DNA of 63,986 nt, the filler included, from Dimargaris cristalligena (lineage: Eukaryota), in assembly GCA_003614675.1 (NCBI GenBank). It is 9 parts of 9 records of this genome, joined end to end, with 100 filler letters (N's around TTAATTAATTAA, not from the genome) between each part and the next. Parts side by side here need not be neighbours in the genome. Positions count along the whole stretch, not along the records: positions 7,249 to 14,396 come from ML003448.1; positions 14,497 to 21,642 come from ML003449.1; positions 21,743 to 28,884 come from ML003450.1; 6 more parts are not named here. One strand, written 5' to 3'. Made by a program: the position numbers and the translations under genes. A model generated the notes under the pieces. That model was not told the origin of the DNA. It saw only the letters and a list, made by a program, of their open reading frames with translations, and searched no databases. Below, in pieces: positions 12,485-23,543 of the stretch. Position 1 is the first letter of the stretch. Each line of letters opens with the position of its first letter.

Positions 12485-14254
12485 GTCGACAGCTCGGCTG
12501 TGAATGTAAAAAAAAATGGAACGGCAAGCAGCAGCAGCATTGGAAGGGCAGTAAGTCATTTACAAATTAGTAGTTAGTATATTGGATTGGTTAAAATAAA
12601 CTTGTCGGGGATACGGGCAGGCCATAGTCCGCGAGTGCCTCCAGTCTCTCTAAAAGCTTGCATAATTGACAGGGAAGTGTGCTACTCAGATGGACATAGG
12701 GTGATTATATATATCTGTGGATTCTAAACACAGCAATATTGACCCACAACAACTAGCGGTATGGGACTTGTTAGAGTAGTATAGTCTCTTTGCAGCTACT
12801 TGGTGTTAGCTGTGGGCCGGAGGGGTGTAAATTGCTAGGCAAATGCGACAGGTGCTTTCATATCAAAGTAATAGAGCAGTATTTTTTGCATTGGGCCGAG
12901 TACTTGCGCTCCCAGGGACCGAGCCTCCTAATGAGGTGCGCATGGGGGGTGGTAGTGGTTTGTGGCGCACTCGGGGATGTTAACCTACCTGCCGCTGTTA
13001 AAGGATTGGGGGGCACGAGTGGACCGAGATTTGGAGGATTTGGGATTTCCCATGGCTATTTAATTCGGCAACAGTAGAAAGTGCAAATGGAGTAAAGTGT
13101 GGAACACTAAGGTAGCAAATACCTAACAAAATGAAGAAGAAACCGAAATGAAGTGGAGAAAGTCTACTGGGCTTCGGGATTCGGGTGAGCCTTGATGGCC
13201 AAGACAGGATTTTCGGAATTACAGCAAGGAATGAACTAAGGAATTGAGCTGGGAGAACCAGGGTTGGAGTAGCCTATACGATAAACTCTATGGGCATACG
13301 ATCCATTGGAGATTCCCAAGGCAGCACTGTGGATATTCGGTCCCCACAAACCAGCTTGGGGCATTCCGAAGATGCGTCAGGCCTTGGGGACTTTGGCCTC
13401 ATACCACCTAACATTAAAAGTCAGCAGAGGGTTACTTCTTTGGCTGTTCTTCTTGGCCGGGATGACCTGTAATAAGGCACCAAACCAGAATTTGCCACAA
13501 CATTGAATAACAAAAATGCGGTAGTTTTTTTATGGCCCACTAAGACCATTAAATGTTCTTTACCAAGGGCCCTCACAGTCATTTAGGTTAGGAGGTGCGT
13601 TATCCCCCATGTCTCAGACCAAGCGGTAATTTTATACTGCTTCTATTATTCCTTGAAACTGCGTTCAAGTAAGTGAGCCGACTCAGCCAATAACCAAGGG
13701 ACAAGTGTTAAAAGCATGCACTTCCTCAAGATCACCCTTCCTAAATATCCAACTCTAAAGTTTTTTCTCCCTTGACACTCTGAATGAGTGCGACGTGACT
13801 AAATAATACCTGGCTGATTACCAGCCCGCAGCAACTTAAAGCCACTCTAAGTATCCTATAGTTGGGATTTGGAAGATGACCTTTGGGGCGCATTTGGACT
13901 TTTATTAACGTCTAAATTATTATTTTCCGTACCAGGTTAGATGCCCCCATAATTAACATGTTTCAAGCTGTATACCTTCGTACGGTGAAACAAATGTACA
14001 TTAGCGCTCAAATTTATTGAGCCTTATTACTACATAAGTCATTTAATATGAACTTTGCCCAATTATGATGTATTTTTAAAATGACCAGTCAGCCTTCTAG
14101 ACAGCCATCGGATTGTGTACTAGTAGTCCACGTCCACTTCGACCAGGCTGTGCTTAGCCCGTGTAAAGAAGGCTATACAAAATGTCCTACTGAATTAGTC
14201 CCCAGAAAACATTATCGGTTTAGATCACAATACACGATGGTATCAAGGGGGTAA

Positions 14255-14396
14255 ATATGGGTGAAATTCAGCCCAGCTATATAAGGGTTTACATTATTCG
14301 TTTTTAAAAACTCATTATGTTAATAGAGGGGAAAGAAAAAATTTTCCGTAAAAATATTACTTTCCCCGAAGTAGAAAGGAAAAATTTTCTAGCGAA
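14255..14396 (+). mobile_element. Left end (terminal inverted repeat) of a TIR DNA-transposon family
   Basis: ATATGGGTGAAATTCAGCCCAGCTATATAAGG recurs inverted at 36673-36704 and 41191-41222. Confidence 0.6.
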
Positions 14397-14496
14397 NNNN
14401 NNNNNNNNNNNNNNNNNNNNNNNNNNNNNNNNNNNNNNNNTTAATTAATTAANNNNNNNNNNNNNNNNNNNNNNNNNNNNNNNNNNNNNNNNNNNN

Positions 14497-14745
14497 TTCA
14501 AATGTGGGCAAGCCTGGCCTCCACTTGCCCATTGGACATTCCCATTCAAATTTGGGAATCTCCATCTCCCATTTCCTAATTTAAATTCCCATTCGAATTA
14601 GGATTCCCATTGGCCTACATTTGCCATACTAAAAAGGGAATCTCCATCTCCCATTTTGCCAATTGGCTACTCCCATTCGAATTTAGAAGCCTCTGGCTCT
14701 CATTTTCTAATTGGCATTCCCTTTTTGCCAATTGGTGACACCTTT
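14497..14745. repeat. Degenerate tandem repeats of CCCATT / GGGAATCTCCATCTCCCATTT / CCAATTGG motifs
   Basis: GGGAATCTCCATCTCCCATTT occurs twice, CCCATTC(G/A)AATT three times and TTGCCAATTGG twice. Confidence 0.55.
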
Positions 14746-14859
14746 TAGTGCCCCTTCTTTTTATTTAAAACAGCTAGCTAAAGAGCTAGTTAAAACAAAC
14801 AGGGTAGAGCTTAAAAGGACAGGGCTTATAATTGTATTATGGGGCTAGTACAATTATAA

Positions 14860-15087
14860 GCATAAATATAACCCCACTTACCATGCTGGTACTCAATTGA
14901 GTACCAGCACTGCCCCTGCCCTTTCTGGGCATACCCCCTCCCCATCACAATATAGGCTAAGTCTCCTTGGCTTATGTTGGTGGCAATGGATGGGTGGATA
15001 ATATAGGGGGGGGGAAGGTTATGTCCATCTTCTAAAGGTCATGTGACCTAAATATGATGGCCCCCCTATATGGATTTTACCCATATA
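14860..15087 (+). mobile_element. Right end of the TIR DNA-transposon family, shared with about 36455-36704
   Basis: About 220 bp nearly identical to contig F, including the 24-bp palindrome GCTGGTACTCAATTGAGTACCAGC; differences are mainly transitions at CpG. Confidence 0.75.
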
Positions 15088-15672
15088 CATTGCCTAATAA
15101 CTATATTAGTAGTGTTAGGACCCAAGGGGTGGGGAGGATTCAGCATACTCCCATTAGGTTAAGGAGAACCTATTAAAATGTTTGAATGAATTATAACTGC
15201 AAGCTTTATTATATAAGTATATAATCACTAGTAAAAATAGTAATGAATAAGGGAGAAAGCCACAAAGAGAAAATAACTCCAGTTGAGTTGTTTTATTGAA
15301 TAGAGGATGCACCCATAAGAATAAAGGGGACACAGCCATTATAAAGTGAATAAAATAGTGCTCACAAGAGCTAAACAAGAATCATAATAGATCAGGTGAT
15401 TTCTAACAGAACCTGGCCTAGGTAGGGTAATCAGGCCAAAGTACCAGTCTATTGGGGATGGAAGCCAGAGAGGTGGGGATAATATCAATAATGATTCTTT
15501 AGGAGTAAGCAAACAGTAATAGGTATAATGAAGTATTATGGATTAAATGAGTAGTAGATTATATATAAAATATATTAGGCAAGTCTATAACATTAAATCA
15601 ATAATATTAAACTTAAAGACTCTAGGCTATCTTTATTATTTGCCCCTGTAGATCCCATCTCTGATAAATGAA

Positions 15673-16200
15673 TGTCACTTGGGTTAACCACTCTTAGTCT
15701 ATTAAGAGTCCCGAGGATAGGCTTCTAATAGTAGGTGGGGCTAATACTTGTCTAAGTAGGCTATTAGTATTAGGTATAGGGCATGGTACTAAATAAATAA
15801 GGCTACACAGTAGGGATAGGTAAGGGATATACAGTAGGCATACTTACTAGTTAGTATGGGGGGGGTTGAGTGTATATAGAGTTTATTGAGAGTAAACCAG
15901 GGGGTAGGAATAAGCTAAGGAGTCTAACCAGTCCCAACAGGGCCCACTTATATATACACAGGGACAACTCCAGAGGGAGGCCCCAGGGGAAGAATACTAC
16001 TAAGACTAGGGTAAGGTAAAATAGGCCAACTGGATGGCTGTTAGGGCCTGGAAGACTCTGATGGTAACCAGAAGAGTCTTTGGATCAGCACTTGAGTGAT
16101 TAGTGTGAAGAGGTAGAGTCTGGAAGGGGAATAGTTATATAAGGCCTAATAGGGATGAACACTAATGTGTCTGGATTAGGGAAGATTAGATAGTCTGACA
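15673..16200 (+). mobile_element. Solo LTR, family copy 1 (strand is relative to the other copies)
   Basis: TGTCAC...TCTGACA ends; aligns with 20760-21339, 42594-43178 and 45530-46094. Confidence 0.85.
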
Positions 16201-16492
16201 CCCCATTAGGACCAGTTAGATTCCTTAGCTTATTCTTACCCCCCATTTATCTAATAACCTCTATATATGCTCACCCTCTTAGACTTAACTAGCAAGTATA
16301 CCTACTGTATATTCCTTACATATAGTTGTTGCTTATCCTCTCTTATATATACTTGCTGCTTAGCCTCTATTAGCTAGTACCATACCCCATACCTGAAACT
16401 AGTAGCCTGCTTAGCCAAGCCCAAGCCCCACCTATTGTTAGAAGTCTATCCTCGGGATTCTTAACAGTTTAAGAGTAGTGAACCTGAGCAAT
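16201..16492 (-). mobile_element. Half LTR of the same family in inverted orientation
   Basis: Reverse complement of the first ~290 bp of the LTR. Confidence 0.8.
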
Positions 16493-18999
16493 ATTTGCCC
16501 TTAATTAATGGAAGCATATACAGTATTGCCACTGTTGAAGAGCAATTGTAACCCAAGGGCTTATTCCTACTATCTTCAGCCTACACCATTTGCTCATTTT
16601 TTGTGCTTTTTATTATAACAATATTTCATTGATAAATACATGTCTAATTGATGCTACCACAGTGATCCTAATCCTAATCCTATTTCTGTATTTCCCCCCT
16701 TTCTTCCAATCTTGACTATTCACTATAGCTTCCCAGTTCTATGGCCATCAAGGAAATTAATGGCCAGTCACAACAATAAGTACTCATTATTGCTCACTAA
16801 TCCCAACAGCAGTTTATATGGTAGTTTTAGGCAGGTATCCAGATGCTCTGCAAGTAAAGAGGTGGGCTATCTAACCCTTCATAATGCACTTTTACATTAA
16901 TTTCATCATAAGTGTTTTATGTGTCACCAGCTGTGTTCACTGCCTCTTTATGATATGTACTACATGGTCAACCCAAATATACTATTGTCTCCCAAGTTAA
17001 TATGGCGGGCATTGCCAAATCTGGCATTTCCCAAACCCCACCCTACATTCCCTGTCAGTTGTTTCCTGGATTTAGTACACAGTGGCTACTTCCCAGCATA
17101 AAATATTATTACAACAGCTATTTCATCTTGTTGGAATTTGAATAGCATACTCATAAGATAGCGGCATCTGTATTCTAATACAATTTCTCCAAGCAATTCT
17201 TAATTAAGTTCGTACACTAGACTAATTAGAACTGTATCCATCAATACCTCTTTATAAATTGACAGTCTGGACATATTGACCTCAATAGTATTGTTCAACC
17301 ACCGACTACCTGATTTCCACAAACGTAAATTTATATCTACCACAATGGCCCAATTCATAATTCTCCACTACAATTGTTGATTGTGGTCCTACACTATGGT
17401 AAATTTAGAATAAATTACGGGAATGGTAGGGTGTCTATGCTGAAGCCGTCATAAAAGTATTATCAGACTACTGTTCCCCATTGCAAACTACTGTGCAGTT
17501 GCTGAATAAATCCAATCCATCTTGTATAGCACCAATGAGGATACCATTGGAACCTCCTATTTATTGTGTATTGAAACGTAGAAGTATACTGCGTAATGAA
17601 GGCCTACCGATCCACAAGCCTACAAAGAGATAATTCGCAGTTGACTTCTTTATACCATACTTCATTGATTCTTTTGTTGGTAGACGTGCCTGGTGGTAAG
17701 GAGGGGAGATGGAAGTATTCCAACACTGACCACAATTATACTAGAAGATCCTATTGCTAGCATGTCATGGATGGATAGCAGCAGTGTTTCACCAAAAATT
17801 TGTGGTGTCCGGGTCTCTGAATATAAAAAGCAACCCTGCTTTCCTTCAAGCCATTCAATAATAATTTCTATCGTTTTTGTCAAGACTTGACTATTATCAT
17901 CAACAGCGATGGCATTTATAAGCAAAGTCCCCCCAACCACCCAACATGGCTTGGCTACTGCCAACAACTCTTCCGCTGGTCATTATAATCAATTGGATGA
18001 CCAGGCCGCTGCAGAAATGCAAAAGGAAAAATCTCTAGGCCGTCCTTCTCAGGACGGTGCTTTTACTCCCGATACAGTACCGTGTCGGGATTATGATACC
18101 CGCCAACCCACGGCGCCGATTAACCCCAGGCCGCCGGGCCCAATCACTGCAAACCGGGATTGAGCTGTCCTTAGGTATCAGTTTAGTAACTGGCTATTGA
18201 TTTTGGCCGGTTATTTTACTGATAAATTTGTGGTATTTTGGTGTTTTGGATGAGGTACAACTGCCCCCAAGTGATGCCAGTCTATTTATAATGGATATCA
18301 ACCGTAGACAAACTATAAAATGCTTCTTGGAATGCAGCACGGATTGAGCAATGAAAGCAAGTGACACCCATTGAATATCATCTTTTGTTCCAGAGTTGGC
18401 TGACTTGTGGCCGGTATACAAACAAAGAGGTGGCGGCGGTATTTTACTATTTATAATTCCTCGGTGGAAATATTATTTCGATTTATATCATGTTAGTTGG
18501 CTTTTTACTACACGTTAATGAAGTTCATTATTAATAAACCCATATTTTGTATACGTAGAAATTGCCATAATGGTGTATGTATGCTACCACTCATTTACAA
18601 GGTAATTTACACCTCCATCAACAGATTAGTTGTGCATTTTTATCTTGTTGAGTCCGATGCAATTAGATAACCTCTTTAATAAATAACCTACACATATTAA
18701 ACATACTACAGTACCACATAGACACTAACTGGATGCACTCTGACAAACTACCAGGCATACAAACCTTGCCTTTATTCAGATGTTAGGTTAAGGAAATATT
18801 TTTAACTTGTCTGTTAGTGTAAAAAAATAACCACACAAATGTGAATAGTGCAAGTAGCCAAAAGATAGTGTAAGCAACGGGGTGGGAGGATGAAGCACAA
18901 TAATGTTGGAGATGTTCAATGAGGCTGTATGCTGGAAAAATAAATTAGATATGGCAAATAATACTGGTTAACAATGATGCACCCACCTATTTTCCCATA

Positions 19000-20543
19000 C
19001 ATAAATCATTAGATGTCTTATACAGCTGGTCTGAAATCCTCCAGCTGCTGTAGTTTGGTTTGCTGACATTCAATTTGTTGCCAGGTATTGCGCAATTAGG
19101 ACATGGTGTCCTGCTACTGGCCCTGTAGCTCATCGACTTGGCTCTGCATACCTCACAGTTGCCGTCCGAGCTCAATCATTTAGCGCATAAGGCCTGCCAT
19201 AAGATCCTCAGGGGTAGAGCGATGTTGCGTTGGAGCAGCTCAATCCCCTATTTGAGTTCGGCCATTTAGCGCTGTGGCTTTCCCCGCAGTTCTAAATCTC
19301 GCCCAATTGGTTGCATTGATTGTCCCACTCAGTGTCAGTTTTTTCAGTCTTGGTCATTTTTGTTTCAAACTAATAGTTGAACCGCCAACTGGTGTCATCC
19401 ATGGAGTTCTTGCGCCTCTCGGTCACCTCAATATTGTGGGCCACACTCACCTTGAGCCCTAGGTGGGGTTGGTGCTGCCGCTGTAGTTGTACATAATTCT
19501 GATAAATGGTTCTATATTCCTCTTTGATGTTGTCAGAGCGGTCCTTGACGTCGGCATACTGCACAAAGGGAATCTGGGATTCAGTGATTTTGATTTGCTG
19601 GGGGATAGTCTCCTGTTCCTGGAAACAGGGCATCCTGCTCCAAAACGGCGCTACGCTTAACCAGACTGTCAATAATTTACCATTCATCCCTGATGAAAGC
19701 CTGCAGTGACTTTTCCTGGTTGCACAGATAGGTAAGTTACAAGTGCCACTCGACTAGCTGGCCCTCCTGTAGCAGCCCGGCAGAATTCATCTGGGCAAAT
19801 TCGCACACTTTGTTCTGGGGTAAAAACTGGCGCAGGCCGTCCACTTGGATACGAAAGGACCACGTTGTTTCCTGGACCTCCTTAAAAGTAGAGACATAGC
19901 CGTTGAGTTTCCGGGTGGAGGAGTTGCTACTACACTGAATGTGCTGCTTGATGATAGGATTGCAATGGCCGAAGTGGCCTTTGAGTTCAATTATTATGGA
20001 TGCCTGGTCATAGCCATACAGGACAAACTCGGGAATGCACTTGGTGTGGCCTAAAATGGAAGTGGAGCCCCCCCAAGCCCAATGCGATGGTGCTCTTGCC
20101 CATGCAGTTGGGACTGATAATTGTGTTCAGGTGCGGCCCAGGGGGGAACTGGCAGGCATCATATGTACCGATATAACACAGGGCCACATAAACACTGGAA
20201 CCGGGGGGACTTTCGTAAGAAGGGCAGTGGATTGGCATTGTTTTTTTTAAAAATAGATAATCAAATGGCCAGCAGTGAGTTAATAAAGAAAGTGCATGGA
20301 AAGACAAAATAAGGCATTGATGAATATAGGTATATAAGATGCATGGCAGTTAACCAGTGCATTCAGAGGGGATTTATGAAAATTAAACTAAATACTTACC
20401 ATCACATTCATGTAAGTATTTAGAAGCTGACTTAGCCTGAGCAGAGTCACTTACCCAGTTGGCATATTGGTAGTTGGGGCCTGCATGCATTTATCATGGG
20501 TTTTCACAACAATAGTAGTGGTGACCATAGTTAAGGGAGACAT
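19000..20543 (-). pseudogene. SMC5: SMC5 pseudogene (N-terminal ATPase head and part of the coiled coil); boundaries approximate
   Basis: TYDACQFPPGPHLNTIISPNCMGKSTIALGLGG (broken Walker A), LGHTKCIPEFV, IQVDGLRQFLPQNKVCEFAQM; frameshifts, stops and intron donor remnants. Confidence 0.85.
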
Positions 20544-20759
20544 GACCAGCCAACTTAGACAGCAAGCTTACTAATGGGAATAAATAGAAATGTATGAGAT
20601 TGTTGGAGTTAAAGTATCAGCTCAGGGAAAAGTTTAATTAGAAGGAGTGGAAGGGGTAGGGACAATGAGAGTAGGACATGGCCTAAATCTCAAATATAGT
20701 ATGGATGATGGCTCATTCACACTGGTAGTCTGAACTGACAATAATTTGTTTAAGGAAGT

Positions 20760-21339
20760 TATCACCTGGGCTAACTACTCTTAGTCTGTCAAGAGTCCTA
20801 AGGGTAGGCTTTTTATAGCAGGTGGGGCTTAGGTTTAGCTAAGTGGTTCACTAATATTAGGTAAAGGGTACAGTACTAACTAATTAAGGCTATGGCAGGT
20901 ATATGTAAGGGATATGCAGTAGGTATACTTACTAGTCAGAATGAGGGGATGAGCATATAGAGTTTATTGGAATAAGCTAGGGGGTAAGAATAAGCTAAGG
21001 AATCTAACCAGTCCTAATGAGGGCCAGTTATATATATGTAGGGATAGCTCCAGAGGGAGGTCCCAAGGAAAGGATACTACTAAGACTAAGGTATATATAA
21101 ATAGGCTAGCCAGATGGTTGTGGGTATCTGGAAGACTCTAAGGGTAACTGGAAGAGTCTTTAGATCAGCACTTAAGTAATTAGTGTGAAGGGGCAGAGTC
21201 CAGAAGGGGGAGGGTTATATAATATAGGATAATCCCATAGTACTGGGGGGTGACTATGGGAAGGTTAGTATGGTGCTATAAGGCCTAATAGGGACAGATA
21301 CTAAATTGTCTGGATTAAGGAGGGTTAGATAGTCTGACA
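20760..21339 (+). mobile_element. Solo LTR, family copy
   Basis: TATCACC (TG mutated to TA)...TCTGACA; aligns along its length with the other copies. Confidence 0.85.
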
Positions 21340-22019
21340 ATACCTTTGATGGGCTTATATATTACCTTATTTATAATATAACTTTTACAGTTCAGTAGCT
21401 ATTGCATAGATACCAGATCTATATTAGTGTAGTAAACTTACTACATTTTTACCTAACTTTACTTTTTACCTATTTTTTACACTTGTAAAGAACTGAACTC
21501 AAATCCTTAAAAACTAAACTTTATTTAAAAAGATAGATAATAAAAGGGAAAGGTGATAATAGACTTGCTGATCCAAAAGGTGGCAGCAAGGGGGAGTATT
21601 TATACTCGAAAGAGGAAGCCTAAATGAAAAGATAGATGAATANNNNNNNNNNNNNNNNNNNNNNNNNNNNNNNNNNNNNNNNNNNNTTAATTAATTAANN
21701 NNNNNNNNNNNNNNNNNNNNNNNNNNNNNNNNNNNNNNNNNNTAATTTATAAAGTTTATTTTATATTTTTTTTTATTTTTAATATATTATTATTAGTCGT
21801 TTTCCCATTAAACTAACCCGACCTTTCCATTTTCTTACCTTTCTTTTATTTTACTTTTTTTTTCTTTCACTTTCTTCTATTTGTAACTACCGCCTTAAGG
21901 CGATAGCCCAGAATACTCCACGTATGTGGTGTGTGGTCGACCCAGGAGGAGGGATTTTGTAATCAGGGGGGAACTAATAAAAATCAACGAAAGATTGATT
22001 CTCCTATATATATTACTTT

Positions 22020-22075
22020 CCCCAACCTAAAGGTTGGGGTCCTCCCTCTTCTAAAAGAGGATGTCCTTATGAAGG
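22020..22075. repeat. Mitochondrial double-hairpin-element-like GC-rich structure
   Basis: Adjacent hairpins CCCCAACCT-AA-AGGTTGGGG and CCTCTT-CTAA-AAGAGG, plus CCTT-ATG-AAGG. Confidence 0.5.
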
Positions 22076-22208
22076 TATGTAGTGAGGAATCAAGGGTAAA
22101 GGGAAAATCTTTGATTCCTAGAACAGAAATTCCCCGGAGGGGGGGGGGAAGGGGGAGGGAAGGGAGTTTGAAGGGATTTTTCGGGTGAGGAAGAATTGAA
22201 CTTCCACA

Positions 22209-23075
22209 TTATGATCCCAATTCATAAATTCTACCTATTAAATTATCACCCGAAAAAGAAAAGGGGAGGGGGGAATTATGATTCTGAATAGGTCCTAAGA
22301 AAAATACGATCCAGATGAAAAGAAGTATTAATTTAGAATCTAATTCAAATAAAATAAAGAAGATTAAAAAGATAAAACTAATAACAATATATAATAAATA
22401 ATGAGGAACATAACCAGTATCTAAAGAAGTAACTTTTTTTGAAAAAAAAAATAAAGTATATGTAATTCCAGAAGGACCAATAAGTTCAATAATACCTTTA
22501 TCTAACGTCTTAAATGAGATGAAACCAAAATTAAGTAATCCACCTACGGTAGCAGTAGAAATTCTATCAAAGTACCACTTATTACTTAAAAATTTATAAA
22601 AATTACGACTAAATTTATTAAATAAAAAATAAGCATCAAAAAGAACATTAATTGAATATTGATAAAAAAAATAAGCAGAAATAATACCAAAAATAGTTCC
22701 AAACATAGGTAATAATTTAAAAAAAACTGGTAATCCAAATTCAGTATCTACTAATACGGAGTGTTGTGGATGTATAAATAAACTATTACCCCAAAATGAA
22801 GAACCTAAACCAATAAATAAGTCTTTAAAAATATAACCAAAAAATATACTAAATAATGCTAATATAATTAAAGGAAATGACATAATAAAAGATGGTTCAT
22901 GAATTAATTCATAAATTTTTTTTTGTCCATTTGGTCTACCAAAAAAAGTTAAAAATAATAATCTAGAAGAATAAAAAGCTGTTAAAAGAGCTGTAAAAGT
23001 ACCAAAAAAAAAAGCAATAGAACCATGAAAAATAAAAGTACTACCAGCTAATTCAATAATTAAATCTTTAGAATA
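22209..23075 (-). CDS. nad5: Mitochondrial NADH dehydrogenase subunit 5, C-terminal portion only (288 codons from YSKD)
   Basis: YSKDLIIELAG...TAFYSSRLLFLTF...HEP...PLIILALFSIFFGY...KWYFD...KTLDKGIIELIGPSG; in-frame TAA at 23087-23085 just upstream. Confidence 0.95.
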   Translation of the reverse strand, partial: YSKDLIIELAGSTFIFHGSIAFFFGTFTALLTAFYSSRLLFLTFFGRPNGQKKIYELIHEPSFIMSFPLIILALFSIFFGYIFKDLFIGLGSSFWGNSLFIHPQHSVLVDTEFGLPVFFKLLPMFGTIFGIISAYFFYQYSINVLFDAYFLFNKFSRNFYKFLSNKWYFDRISTATVGGLLNFGFISFKTLDKGIIELIGPSGITYTLFFFSKKVTSLDTGYVPHYLLYIVISFIFLIFFILFELDSKLILLFIWIVFFLGPIQNHNSPLPFSFSGDNLIGRIYELGS

Positions 23076-23113
23076 AATTAAAATTTAAATAAAAATAATT
23101 TCTTTCGCCTCGT

Positions 23114-23182
23114 TGGTTGGTTTGTGAGATTTGAACTCACTTAAACGAGTAAATAACTCGCATTGATTTAACCCATAATCAA
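23114..23182 (-). pseudogene. tRNA-like element or degenerate tRNA
   Basis: Perfect T arm GTGAG-TTCAAAT-CTCAC, stem-loop GCGAG-TTATTTA-CTCGT, imperfect acceptor TTGATTA/AAACCAA, weak D arm. Confidence 0.45.
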
Positions 23183-23543
23183 AAACCTTTTCTTATTCTG
23201 ATGCTGAATTCACAATTTTACTAAACTTTATAAATGCGAAAGTCCAAAATAGTTTAATATTATTATATAAAACTCATTATTTATTTTATTTTATTATATT
23301 AAATCAAAAAGGGATTCAGATTCATACTGAATCTTAAGTTTCACACTAATTAGTGCTATTTATTACGCACATCACGTAAAAATAATTGAATATTGTACAT
23401 CTAAATATAATAAGAGAAACGTGTTCTACATATTTAACAATCCAGTTTCAGAATTACTGAGACATCAATAAAATAAATTAATGTAAAATATATAATAAAA
23501 GTTCATTAAATAAAAAATACTATACTAATAAAAAAAAGTATTA

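Noticed and set aside
14497-14745. CRISPR-like or telomeric array
   Set aside because: Units are degenerate and irregular with no unique spacers; eukaryotic context.
16500-18900. Possible decayed genes with short ORFs and splice-like signals
   Set aside because: All frames I tried are interrupted and I recognise no family.
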